Source of the DNA: Octopus sinensis
Lineage: Eukaryota
NCBI RefSeq assembly: GCF_006345805.1
Contig: NC_043002.1
Location: 120,342,001-120,406,000, forward strand
Length of the DNA: 64,000 nucleotides
Direction of reading: 5' to 3'
Shown: in pieces, positions 25,395-38,700 of the stretch
How positions within the stretch are numbered: the stretch's first letter is position 1
Layout: each line of letters opens with the position of its first letter
The notes under the pieces: generated by a model
Seen by the model: only the letters and a program-made list of their open reading frames with translations
What the model was told of the DNA's origin: nothing
The model's database searches: none
Translations under genes and position numbers: made by a program

Positions 25395-25447
25395 ATATTT
25401 ATGTATGTCTGTATCTATGTATGTATGTATGTATGTATGTATGTATG

Positions 25448-25481
<34 letters not shown>

Positions 25482-26484
25482 TGTATGTATGTATGTATGT
25501 ATGTATATACGACCTATTTATAACAGCTCTAACAATTCTTCCTTAGTCGATTCTAGATTATCTAAGTGCTTAAGTAAAATGCGATAAAAATAAATCTTCC
25601 AATTTAATTCATTTTAAATACAGTGTTATATTGTGCATATATTTCAGTTATAAATTGCACTATAAATATCTAAATACAGAACTGAGAAATAATTTCTGAT
25701 TGCTTGAGATATTTTGAAGATCAATACAGGTGAGCTTCTGCTGTCAGCTTAAATATGGCTCACTATGAAAGAGAAAAAATGGCTGCTAGTGTCAAATGCA
25801 ATTTAATTTTCGAAGCATGAAGGGGAACACCAAATGTAATATCTTCAGTGATGTTGAAAAACTGTTGAAATTCTGAATTTATTCAGCATCAGTATATAGG
25901 TGTTGTTGATGTTGAATTTCCAGACATATATATGTATGTGTATGCCTATATGCTCGCCATACGTATCAGCAATTTGTTTTTATACACGGTGCATTTCTGT
26001 AAAAGCTTACATTTCGAAGCTGAGATGACTGTCTGAGAATCGTAAATAGATTCTTGAAGAACAAGAAACACCAGTCTGAATGGATATCGACCTGATCTGT
26101 AGCAATTTTGATGGCTTACAAATAGATCCTTCAAGTGATATTATGATGACGTCTACAAGATCTGTCTCTCTTTTAATTAGTCTCTTCATTCTAGCCAGTA
26201 TATTCACTCTACTATTTTATGTATTTCCTATTTATTTCGTCATTTTGACTTTTAATTAGAATCACAGTATTTACTTCTTGTTTCTTTAAACAAATACATA
26301 TTTTAAATTGTTTATTTCATTCATTCTATTGTTTCTTAACATTTCAAAATTATGTTTCTGTAGCATTTATAATGATTTTCTTTAATTGTTTTCTTTGACA
26401 AGAATTGTTCAGTATGGTAGGTTTGCTTTCTAGCAAGCTGACCAAATCTATGTTGTAAAACATGAAAAGTCTGAATAGAAGAAA

Positions 26485-26579
26485 TTCATCATCATCATAA
26501 TTATCATCATCATCATCATCATCAACTTCTTCTTCTTCTTCTTCTTCTTCTTATTATTATTATTATTATTATTATTGAC

Positions 26580-26629
<50 letters not shown>

Positions 26630-26645
26630 CCATCATCATCATCAT
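26485..26645. repeat. Compound trinucleotide array (ATC)n(TTC)n(TTA)n(ATC)n
   Basis: Read directly. Confidence 0.95.
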
Positions 26646-27278
26646 CTCCTTCATTTTTTTTAATTCTCTTCATCTTCTTCCAACTTCCTTTCTTTCGGCT
26701 TACAACATCCACATTTTACAACCCTTAGGCCATCATCTTACATTCGACATAATGGCATAGTACCCTAACAGGTCTCAGCTCTACCGATGACATGGAACTG
26801 CCTGGCTGTCACGTATATTGACCAGACAGAACACAGGGCACTTAGTACCTCTTACATTCTGGACACTATTCCCCCATGTTTTCCTGGCGAAATACTAGTG
26901 AAATATAGAAATATAAGTGGAAACTTTCTTTTTTCTCTACCCTATTCCCCTTTTAAGTCCTATATCATAATTTGCATTTACAAGATTTCGAACACTTTCA
27001 AGCGAAAATTTACATGCATGCATACACACTTATATATATATATATGCACACACATTTAAATACATGTACATGTATATGTGTGTATGTGCGTGCGTGTATG
27101 TGTGCGCACGCGTGGGGGTGTATGTACTATGTATGTATGTGTGTCTGCATGTATGCACAGCGGTATGTATAGCTCGACAAAGATGAGACGTCAAAAGTGA
27201 GACGTACATGTTATATACGCATGTAGTACACACAGACACTCACATACACATACATATACATAAATATGCGCAGGCGTC

Positions 27279-27319
<41 letters not shown>

Positions 27320-27355
27320 TTCTATATTTTAGATAGATATGTTTCATATACATAC

Positions 27356-27427
<72 letters not shown>

Positions 27428-28431
27428 TGTATTATATTATCTCATATATCTACAGGCATGCAAACACACACACACACAAACGGATGAAGGAATTATTTAT
27501 TGATTCCTTCTATTGTATTAAGCAGTAATAGGAATCTGTTATTGGATATCCCTCGCGAGAAATATATGAATTGGTTTATATATATATATATATGTGAGTG
27601 TGCGTGTGTGTAAACATGCAAACACGCGATGGTATAAAAGTGTGAAAAGATTTTCATTTGTGTATTTCTAACAGTCAAGTTCCTTCATAAATACAGGCAG
27701 ACAATTTCTTGTATAAAAGCGTTCCATTCCGATCTTCTGAGTGAAAATATCTTGGCATCTGATCGTAAATCAATGGTTTTCTGTTTTTCTATAAACGTAA
27801 AACGATATAAGGATACTTGCGAAGGAATAGGCAAAAGTAAGGATTCCAATTAAGAACTGATACGTTACACGTATTTCATTGACTAGATCATCAATGCGTG
27901 TTAGATTAATCTGTTATACAGAAAATTTGGTGAAGCACAAATACAGTATTCAAAGAAAGTCGAGAGCGGTTTCAAGTGAGGATAGCAAAATTGCATTGCG
28001 AACATTACATGGCAGCAATGCCGGTCGTCTTCCCATACTGCTTTTTTTTTCATGCCTAAATTTAATACGTTCATATGAAATAACTCTGCTTTGGGTACAT
28101 TGCTTTAAACAGACAAGCTAGGGTGTCGCATTCAATATTTGGCATTTTATCGATCAGGAAGGAAGAAAGTCAAGTCGACATAACTGTGTAGAGAGCAAAG
28201 TACTTTTTCGACGCGCCGATTATCAACTATCAAAACCACACATATAAATATACAAGACAATAGGCTTCCGCACATGCTTCGTCAATAAAATTTCACTCAA
28301 AACGGAACAAACTAGGACCCACTTTGTTGTGAAAAGAACATCTTACTCGCACTCAGATACGGAAGGAAAAAATTGCTCATTTTTAATTCAATGTATTATT
28401 ACATTTTCGGTATTTCTATCCCTAAAACTAA

Positions 28432-28822
28432 ATTTTCGGTGCCGTTTGTATGTTAAGAAGCTTACTTTTCAACCACATTGTTTCGGGTTTAGTTCCACTT
28501 TGTGACACCTTAGGCAGGTGACTTCTACTATAGCCTCAGGTCGACTAAAGACTTGTTAGTGGATTTGGTAGACGGAACGTGTGTGTGAGAAAGTGTGTGT
28601 ATGTCTTTGTTTCTGTGTTTGTCCCCCTCCCCATCACCGCTTGACAACCGGTGTTGGTCTGTTTTAGTCCCTGTAACTTAGCGATTTGGCCAAAGACATT
28701 GATAGAATAAGTAGTAGGCTTAAAAATTAAGTCCTTAGGTCGATTTGTTCCACTAAAATTAATCAAAGCAGTGCTCCAGCATGGCCGAAGTCGAATGACT
28801 GGAACAAATAAAAGAACAAAAG
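28432..28822 (+). mobile_element. SINE family A, diverged
   Basis: Same module order with many substitutions. Confidence 0.75.
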
Positions 28823-28981
28823 AATATTTATATGATTTTAAAGCAAGTATGAATTTAATTTCCCAAAGCTTATTTCGTTATGTCTATTTATGGATAGAAA
28901 GTTTCTAATATGCACATATAAAGCTGGTTTGGCGGGCAGGCTGAATATCATAAGGTATCTTTGACATTTGTAAACGATATA

Positions 28982-30980
28982 TATTTCTTTACTACCCACA
29001 AGGAGCTAAACACAGAGGGGACAAACAAGGACAGACAAACGGATTAAGTCGATTACATCGACCCCAGTGAACTGGTACTTAATTTATCAACCCCGAAAGG
29101 ATGAAAGGCAAAGTCGACCTCGGCGGAATTTGAACCCAGAACGTAACTGCAGACGAAATACGGCTATGCATTTCGCCCGGCATGCTAACGTTTCTGCCAG
29201 CTCGCCGCCTTCATATATATTGTATACGATATAGTAAGAGTTGATAAGGCGGTGAACTAGCAGAACCGTTAGGTACATCGGGCAAAATGCTTAGCGGCAT
29301 TTCGTCCGTCTTTACATTCTGAGATCAAATTCCACCTTTTCTCCTTTCGTCGTTGATAAAATAAGTACCAGTTGATCACTGGGGTCAGTGCAAGTAACTT
29401 ACCTCGTCCCTCGAATTTGCTGGCCTAGTGTCAGAATTTGAAACCAATATAGCTGGAGTTGCAAATATTGTTTCCCGTACATCAGTTGGTGATGACTTGC
29501 TCCTTACTCGTGAATACCTTTGCACGTTATTCCATTCAGGCTGCATTTACGCATTGTTACCAGAATTATTTTTTTAATTTACAATTGTGGTATCCAGTCT
29601 GATTACTACATATGAATGCATGACTTTATCCTTATTCTTTTCTACTCTAGGCACAAGGCCAGAAATTTGGGGGGAGGGGGCAGTCGATTAGATCGATTCC
29701 AGTAAGCAAGTGGTACTTAATTTATCGACCCCGAAAGGATGAAAGTCGACCTCGGCGGAATTTGAACTCAGAGCGTAAAGACAGACGAAACACCTATTTC
29801 TTTACTACCCACAAGGGACTAAACACAAAGAAGACAAACAAGGATAGACAAACGGATTAAGTCGATTATATCGACCCCAGTGCGTAACTGGTACTTATTT
29901 AATCGATCCCGAAAAGATGAAAGGTAAAGTCGACCTCGGCGGAATTTGAACTCAGAACCTAGCGGCAGACGAAATGCCGCTAAGCATTTCGCCCGGCGTG
30001 CTAACGTTTCTGCCGCCTAAATGATGAATTTGTCGTTATTACCTATAGCAGGTTTTATGTATCATCAGTACATCCTCTCCGTCTTTCTCTCTTCGTATGT
30101 CAGATTTATTGTATAGTGTCTGCTGTCACTTTCACTAAAAAGTTTCTCATACATTGTAGCCTATTGAGTCTATGTCTGTACCAAAGTGTTGGCAATGCAA
30201 ATATTTTGGTGGTGCATACAGTATTCCTCATACTCAGTTAAGCTTTTTTTTAAATTTATTCCACTGTTTAAACATGTATTTTTGATTTACACTCGTCAAC
30301 TTTCCCACATACACCCAGTTGTATTTTTAACAGCTGGGAACCATTTACAGCGTACAATTTTATGCGGCGAACTGGCTGAACAGTTAGCACGCCGGATAAA
30401 ATTATCGGCATGTCTTCCTGCTTTTTATGTCCCGATTCAAAATTCCGTCATGGTCTACTTTGTCTTCCATCCTTTCGGGATCGATAAAATAAGTACCAGT
30501 TGAGCAATAAGGTCGATGTAATTGACTTCACACTCCACTCAGAATTGTTAGTCTTGTGCCAAAATTACAATGAATTATCATGAAGGGGGCGAGTTGGCAA
30601 ACTCATTAGCGCGTCGAACAAAATGCTTAACAGCATTTCTTCTGGCTATTTATGCTTTTAGTTCCAATTTGTCTTTCATCTTTTCTAGGTCGATAAAATA
30701 ATTACCATTTGAGCCCTGGGGTCCCTATAATCGATGAACCTATCTTCCTGAAATCGCTGGCCAAGTGTTAAAATATGGCAACAAGCTAACAGGATCGTTC
30801 GTGCGACAGACAAAATGCTTCGTAATTCTTCATGTCCTGAGTTCAAGCTCCGCTAAAGTCGGGTTTGCATTTCATTCTATCGGGAGCTGATAAAATAAGA
30901 TCCAGTTGAGCACTAGGATCGATATAATCGATTAATCAATTCCTCCTACAATTGCTGACTTTCTGCCAAAATTTGAAATC
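28982..30980. mobile_element. Dense cluster of ~7 SINE family B copies of differing age and orientation
   Basis: Copies at about 28982-29210(-), 29267-29445(+), two overlapping at 29645-30018(-), 30364-30560(+), 30586-30770(+) and 30785-30980(+). Confidence 0.8.
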
Positions 30981-32762
30981 ATTGTTATCGGAAGAATGAA
31001 AGCTGTAACAGAAGTTATAGAACCTGACTTAATACTCTGGGAAATTTTGTTGTCTCTTTATTTACCGAGTTGAAATATCTCTAGCCTCAGATTTTCATTT
31101 CATCATTGTAGTGTCGACAAAGCGGTTGAAATTTGCCTAGTGGTTTCGGTTTTTCAACAGTCCGTTACCCGAAAGCATTTGAACAAGCATCAATTCAAGA
31201 AATCCCCATTCTTGCTGCAGATGTTTTTGTTGTTAATATCTTTAGGAACCATTACTTAAGAATTATATGAAATAGAGAATTGCTCATAATATTCAGATAT
31301 TATGTTTTAACATTTTTATTCGATAAATTTGGACTGTTTTCTAGAAAAGGAATATAAAAGAGTGCTTATAAAATAGCTTCATGACCTCAAAACATATTGC
31401 TTTTCAACATTTCGACTGACTTTCAAGAATTCTCTAACCTTGAACTAATGCTTTAATTTTCTCAAAAGATGGTTTCCGTTCTTGTGTAAAATCTAATACA
31501 TTTTAATAATACCGAGGATCTTATTTCCATGAAAATGTAAAACGATGAGTTAAAAATCAAGTCATGAGAGTACTTTATTTACTAGTGCCTTTAGTTGTTT
31601 TATTTTGTAAATCAAGGCATGAATATATAACATATATTTACAATAAAATATAAAAGAATAATTTCACATAAAACGTTATTTCACTCTATGCAATGTTTCT
31701 CGAAACATAACAATCGATAGACTTTCTGTGTGTTGCACAAATTAAAATGGACAGCATCTTACAAAGCAAAACTTAGTGCTATCTAAGTTTTTCGAAGCAT
31801 TCTTGTGTATATAGATTGTAGGCAGACGAATTAGATATATTGCTAAAGTGTACCAAGACGGTTCAATATCAATTTATCACAAAGTCTTGCTTTAAGCATG
31901 CAAGTTTACGCCATAACACTAATTTTGTTCGGAGATACGTAAAACATTCATCTGATGAGTAAGCGTAGACCAAACTTTTATTTTTAGTTTTGATAGTATT
32001 TTCAATATGGGTGCTCTGCTTATCAATAATTACTTATCAAAATGCATCGAAATAACAGGTTCACTGCCTTTAAATATATTTAACTTTTCTAATTGATAGT
32101 TCTGAATCGATAGATGCATCAGTTTAGGTTTGAAATATGCTCTTCACTCCCTCTATGAATGCTACATAAACAGTTCAATTTAAGTATAGGTTTTCTTTTG
32201 CCACAAATATATCTTATTGTGTGAGATATGTACTTGACACTTTCCAGATATAAAGGTTTTTTTCTCTCATGGTCAAGTTGAAATATGCTTCAGAAATCTA
32301 TATTTATGAAAGTCAGTAAACATTCTTACAGTTTCAACGTCATTCTGTCTGTAGACAAGACATTGACGGTCTTAATTTGTTACAATGTACGTCATAAAGT
32401 GACTCAAACATGACATTAGTATAACTTGAATAAACTAAGGGAGCTGTCAGTAAGTCCCATTTAAATATATTACTACTACTGCTGATACCCTTTTTTTCCT
32501 GGTTTTGCCCTGTATATATTGACGTAACCCTCAGAAGGTTGATTTTCTTTAATATTTATTTCCCAAACATTTTTATTTACATAAGGTTTAAGAAAAACAG
32601 ACTTTTAATAAAGAGTGTGGAAGTGTTTATGATACACAAATTATAATGATACTTGCTTATGCTATTTCAAATTTATACCACTGGCCACCAAGAGTTATTT
32701 CTCTTCATTCATGCTCATACGTGTGTGTGTTATATTATAGTATATCACATGATATTATATAT

Positions 32763-33130
32763 AGGTGCAGCGTGGTTGTGTGGCAAGAAGCTTGTTTCAC
32801 AACCACTTGGTTCCAGGTTCAGTCTCACTGCGTTGCACCTTGGTCTTGTGGCTTCCACTATAGCCTCGGGCCGATTAAAGCCTTGTGAATGGATTTGATA
32901 GACGGAAACTGAAAGAAGCCCACCGCATGTATATTTATGTGTGTGTGTGTTCCGCCCAGCACCACCACACATACATACATACTACCACTCCTCAACCAAT
33001 GTTGATGTGTTTAGGTCGCCGTGACTTAGCGGTTCAGCAAAAGAAGCCCTGGGGTCGATATGTTTGACTAAAATCGTTCAAGGCGGTGCTCCAGCATGGC
33101 TGTACTAAGTTGACTGAAACAAGTAAAAAA
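32763..33130 (+). mobile_element. SINE family A, diverged
   Basis: Head, CORE-like box and tail are recognisable. Confidence 0.85.
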
Positions 33131-33230
33131 ATAGAATAACACATATATCTTTAATATATATGTATACATATATACATTTGGTATCTTTTTTTCCTCCGTC
33201 TTCCGTTCTCTGGATCTTTCCTTTTCCTAT

Positions 33231-33265
33231 GTTTCTGACGAAGAGCTCCGCTCGAAACGTTAAGC
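33231..33265 (+). ncRNA. Minimal type I hammerhead ribozyme motif (Penelope-type)
   Basis: GTTT-CTGACGA-A-GAGC tcc GCTC-GAAA-CGTT-AAGC: intact core, stem II, palindromic AACGTT stem III and stem I GTTT/AAGC. Confidence 0.7.
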
Positions 33266-33473
33266 CCTACTTCTTCCCTTCCTTCCTGAGCGTCCAATAA
33301 TACTATATTTGTTCCACGTCCTCGAGTTGTTCTGCTTTCTCTTTGTTGTGTTTTTTGTGTTTTTTTGTGTTTTCTTGTTTGGATTAACTATATATATATA
33401 CATATATTCTTTTTTCTCTCATATTTTGTCTCCTTTTTTCTCTCCTTGTTTCTCTCCTTGTTTTTTTCTGTGT

Positions 33474-33513
33474 CTCTCTCTGTCGAAGAGCGTAGGCTCG
33501 AAACGTAAAAGAC
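33474..33513 (+). ncRNA. Minimal hammerhead-like motif with CTGTCGA core variant
   Basis: CTGTCGA-A-GAGC gtag GCTC-GAAA-CGTA-AAAGAC; the A6 position is T and stem I is imperfect. Confidence 0.55.
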
Positions 33514-33604
33514 TTTTTCTATTCCTGAGCGCTATACTAATACATTTGTTTGCTTGTACTCCACCTGCCTTCGTCTTTTGTTTATTTTCGTAAACTTTCC
33601 CTTT

Positions 33605-33672
<68 letters not shown>

Positions 33673-34431
33673 GTATGCATGCATGTATGTATACATGTGT
33701 GTATATATGTATGTATAGTGTACGTATATCTAATTCCATGTTAAATTAGTTAAATAAAACAATATAGACACAGTTACATATAAATAACAATTGTCTGCTT
33801 TATACAAATAAATTCTAAGAGAACTTTACGTGATGACTCGACTTGTTTGAAACTGCAGATAAACCAAGTGGAAATCTACCATCTTTCAAAAATAAGGAGA
33901 AAAACATCCTTACTTCAGTAATGCTAAATACCCATGACGCTTTTATAACCCATTCGTTGTTACATTGGAGCTAATAGATACTAACACCGCAAAAGAACTA
34001 ATTTTCAATCATTTTTTTTTCTTTGAGAGACAGACAGAAAGAATATTTTCAAAGTTAATTCTACATTTTCATAAATAAAACAAAAGAAAGTACTGACTAA
34101 ATTTTGTAAATAATGTCTCTCGATACAGTATGTCCGCTAATTTCTAGGTTCTTTCATAAGAGAGTGTGGTGCTCCTTGTTCTCCATAAAAAAAAAACTAA
34201 CCATGAAAGAAGAGTGAAATAACTCCATTAGGAATTGAAATAAAGTCATGGACTATGTTTGCAAGACTTACATTAAAAGTGAGTGAGCTCTCGAATTTTG
34301 GTACAATCAAAATACAGATGTGCCATATTAACACATTACAAGTTTGTAAGGAAGGAGTATAATTTATTAACTAATCAGTATATAATTGGTAGTTAATTTC
34401 TTACTAATAGTGATATTAGAAGAATTCTTCT

Positions 34432-34628
34432 TTTCTTCTATTTGTTTCAGTCATTTGACTGCGGCCATGCTGGAGCACCGCCTTTAGTCGAACAAATCGA
34501 CCCCAGGACTTATTTTTTGTAAGCCTAGTACTCAATCTATCGCTTACTTTTGTCGAACCGCTAAGTTAAGGTGACGTAAACACACCAACATCGGTTGTCA
34601 TGCGATGGTGGGGACAAACACAGACACA

Positions 34629-34671
<43 letters not shown>

Positions 34672-34856
34672 CACACACACACACCACACACACACACACA
34701 CACATATATATATGTTTCCGTCTACCAAATCCACTCTCAAGGCTTTGGGTGGGCCCGAGGCTATAGTAGAAGACACTTGCCCAAGGTTCCACGCAGTGGG
34801 ACTGAACTCGGAACCATGTGGTTGGTAAGCAAGCTACTTCCCACACAGCCACTCCT
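34432..34856 (-). mobile_element. SINE family A
   Basis: Reverse copy with a long internal (CA)n. Confidence 0.88.
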
Positions 34857-34994
34857 TTCAAGGAAAGATGTACTTAAATACTAGATTTTCGCAGTTCCAC
34901 AAGTTTCATCATTCATCAGTACAAACAAAAATCATCTTCACAAACTACTAATTTTAACAAACTAGAATTTCAAATGCAATTAAATATAAAAATA

Positions 34995-35378
34995 TCTTTT
35001 TACTTGCTCCAGTCATTAGACAACGGCTAATGTTTTAGTCGAACGAATCATCACCCACTACTCATATTTTTTCAAAGTCTCATGCTTATCCTATCGGTGT
35101 TTTTTGCCGAACCGTTAGGTTACAGAGACGCAAACACACTGGTACCAGCTGTCACGTAATTGTGGGGTACAAATACGGACACAAAAACACACACAAAAAC
35201 ATACAGAAATAGATGCATTCACACATATACATACACGGCGGACTGCTTTCACTTTCAATCTAACCAAATCCACTTACAAGGTATTTGTCGGTCCTAGGTT
35301 ATAGTAAAAGACAACTCGCCGCCTAAGGTGCCATGTGGTCGGGAAGCAAACCACTTACCACACAACCAAGCCCACACC
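34995..35378 (-). mobile_element. SINE family A, old diverged copy
   Basis: Degenerate match to the same modules. Confidence 0.65.
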
Positions 35379-35990
35379 TATATATTTACACCTATAATTT
35401 AGCTGCCTCCGAAATCCCTAAAAATAGAGTATTCCTTTAGTATTACACGTACACACACACACACACACAGAAGCATACATTGTTCGTTTATTTTCTTGTG
35501 CATTCGACTGTCCTACGTTTTCAATATTATCTTAGCCACCCAAACCCTTAAGCAATACAACTAAATATGTTTCAGTACATATGCTTTATATATGACAGAA
35601 TTTACAAGAAATCGTCGCCTATTCTAGTCGTATTTTGTTTCGTTAATTTCTTTCAATGTATTTTATTTATTTCGGAACAATTGTAAGTTATCAGATATAA
35701 TATTTAAAAGCAAATAATAGAACACAGATTCTATAAGATCATTATTACATGTTACTGTATATCATGCACCTTACAATGATTTTCAATAGATTATTATTTT
35801 TTTACGTATCTTCATAGTTACATTTATTTATTTATTTATATATATAATCTATCTTTACCTAAATATTACATGCCAATATCAATATCACAATATAACTATG
35901 TATGGGATGTATAAATATGCGGCTTTACATATACGTGTATCTGCATGCATATAGTTATATAGCTGTGTACACTTATAAATGCAGGTTCTA

Positions 35991-35991
<1 letters not shown>

Positions 35992-36041
<50 letters not shown>

Positions 36042-36048
36042 ATATGTA

Positions 36049-36107
<59 letters not shown>

Positions 36108-36240
36108 GTATATATGTATGCATATATATATACATGTATATATATATAAAGATATGTAGGTATGTATGTATATATATGTATGCATATATATATACCTATA
36201 TGCACATTGATACATGCATATAAACATACGTACATACATA
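35992..36240. repeat. Compound (TA)n/(TATG)n array with higher-order units
   Basis: Read directly. Confidence 0.9.
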
Positions 36241-36412
36241 TATACTTAAATGACAAATACCTAAATAGGTATCAAAGTATATATTGCAAAGTGTTTGTAA
36301 TCTGTGTGTGTGTGTGTGTGTGTGTGCATTCGTGTGAAGTGAGGGGTTACATAAAAAGCTTTAATCCTATCAACAAGTATAAATATACATCCGATTTACA
36401 GAAATTCACAGA

Positions 36413-36453
<41 letters not shown>

Positions 36454-38249
36454 CTTTATTTATTTCTCTTACTCCCTCCTCGTAGACGTGTGTGTATAGA
36501 AAATCAGATACCGAGAGAGAGGGAGAAAGAAAAGCAAGCAGACAGATCGATATACAGACAGATAGATAGACAAGCATATTGATAAATGGGTGAAAGGTTG
36601 GATAATTGTACAAAGATCCCACATTTAGGGTATAAACCTATATTTAAGCAGAAATGTAGTCTTTAATCATTTTATTTCCATAACTTACGCAGGATCAATG
36701 CTTTGTTCTTTGTATATATATCATTCACCAGTAAATCATAGATTAGTGCAGGTTTTTGTTATATAGTTGTAATAATGATAGCATAGATTTACTGAATAAG
36801 ACACAACATGACGCTGATACACCACATTTATTATAGATGAGATACTGAATAAATGGGGGAACACGAAATGTTTTCGAATTTCAGTGAGAAAAATTAGAGT
36901 TCCCAGTCGTGCTGGGAAAAAAGAGAAAACAACAGAGATCAAAACTGAATTAAACATTAAAAGCCATTTCGAAAAGAGAAAAATTATATTTTTAAGCAGG
37001 AGTTCCTTGAAACGAAATTCTAAAAATCCCATTCAATGTACACGTTCTTTGCATGTCATCACTACAATCTTTGACAATTAATTTGAGATGAATTTAAATG
37101 TTCATTGTCTACCGTTCGGTGTTTTTTAATCTCTCATTCTCCTTCCCTCTCTGTCTCTCCCCCTCTCTCTCTCACTCACTCTCATCTTATTGTTATGTAT
37201 TTTCTCTTTTACTATCATTACAGTATTATTTACTTTTTCGGTTTTTAGAATCTCTACAAATTTTTTTAAATAAATTTTACAATGTATTCTATCATCACCA
37301 CCATGTATTAATATCTTTATCAACTGTTATTTTTCATCACTCTCATGTTTATTTTATTTATTCATATTTATAAATTTCTATTTATCATTACTTTTTTTCA
37401 GCCTTCACTCTATCTCCTAGTCTCTCTCCCCTCTTTGTCTCTCACTCTCTCACTCTACCCCTTTCTCTCTTTCTCTTTATATCTATTTAGTCTCTAAATC
37501 AAAATTAAGTATTGTCTTCGTGCTACGTTTAGTCAAATTGAATTATTTTCTGGACAGTTAATATTCGGTGCTTTACAGAGAAGAAATATTCTGACATGTA
37601 GGTTCACCAACTATTAACTTTGGTTGTGCTAAAAGAAAAAAAAACACAATACATGCTTATAATAGGGAGAAGGAAATATCAGACAGAAATAATGAAGATT
37701 ATATCAAGGAAATTGGAAGGAAATGAAAGGAAAAATGAAAATAATTTTGCCTTAACAATAAAAATTGAATTAATGTATATATTCTCTAAGAAGAGAAGTG
37801 GATGTTGCGATAATCTGCAATTTCTAAAGGAAATATTCATGTTAATAATACTTATTATAAATGAAAATAGAAAATGAAGCCTTGCATGATTTCTTACGTC
37901 CTTCATCGCAGTGTCTACCACTACAACAATAATAACGTATTAAAGTAAATTATACGTAACCATTTATGTACAGTGGATTCAATAATTACACATCAAGCAC
38001 TGCACGTTCCGGTAGGAAGGATCAAAATTATCATTTCTAAAATAGAAGCAAGGACACAAATTTTCAATGAGAGTTTAGTTGATAAAAAACTCGCAAGTAA
38101 GTTTAATGGTAATAAATTACCATCGTATCGTCCCTAGAAAATGAAAGAAGTTGAACTTGGTAGCACTTGAAATGTAGCAGGTTTGGTCCCTATTGCTGCA
38201 TCTATTGTTGCTGATAGAATTGTGGTCGGGGTTTTAGCATCAAAGGGAT

Positions 38250-38700
38250 TTTCACACTCCTTCCATAACTACAGAAAGACCTGAGCTTATTGCCTTCAGC
38301 CACGACCCTCATTTTTCTCCAGTTGTTAACTTAATGGTCGCGGACCATTTGGAAGCATACAGATATAAACAACATCTAAGCTCGAACTGAACTTCAGACC
38401 AGTTTTAGAGCGTTAAAATTTTTACCTCTGTTGCACCTCCGTGTTCCTTCAACATTACGTCTACGTTCTAGACCTCTGTACGGAACGAAATATGGATAAT
38501 GAACTTGGTCACATGCTTCTCCGTGTATTTTTGTATCCAGGTGTAATTATTTAAGGTGCATACCTTTATCGATAACTCGTTAGTCTCTTCATAGATGCTT
38601 AATATACCAGGGCTCAGTCTCTGATTTTCCCTAATTAAATGCCATATTACGCTTCAAAATTCTTTTATCTACTTTTCCGCTTGTATCGCCATAAGATTGT
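38250..38700 (-). mobile_element. Highly decayed RTE-like LINE relic
   Basis: Faint pieces VDKRILKRNMAF, TWIQKY, RNTEV and LPKW in shifting frames. Confidence 0.35.

Noticed and set aside
36736-37032. 98-aa minus-strand ORF with an internal strong acceptor
   Set aside because: No recognisable motif, the frame stops before the nearest good donor, and the composition is AT-rich.
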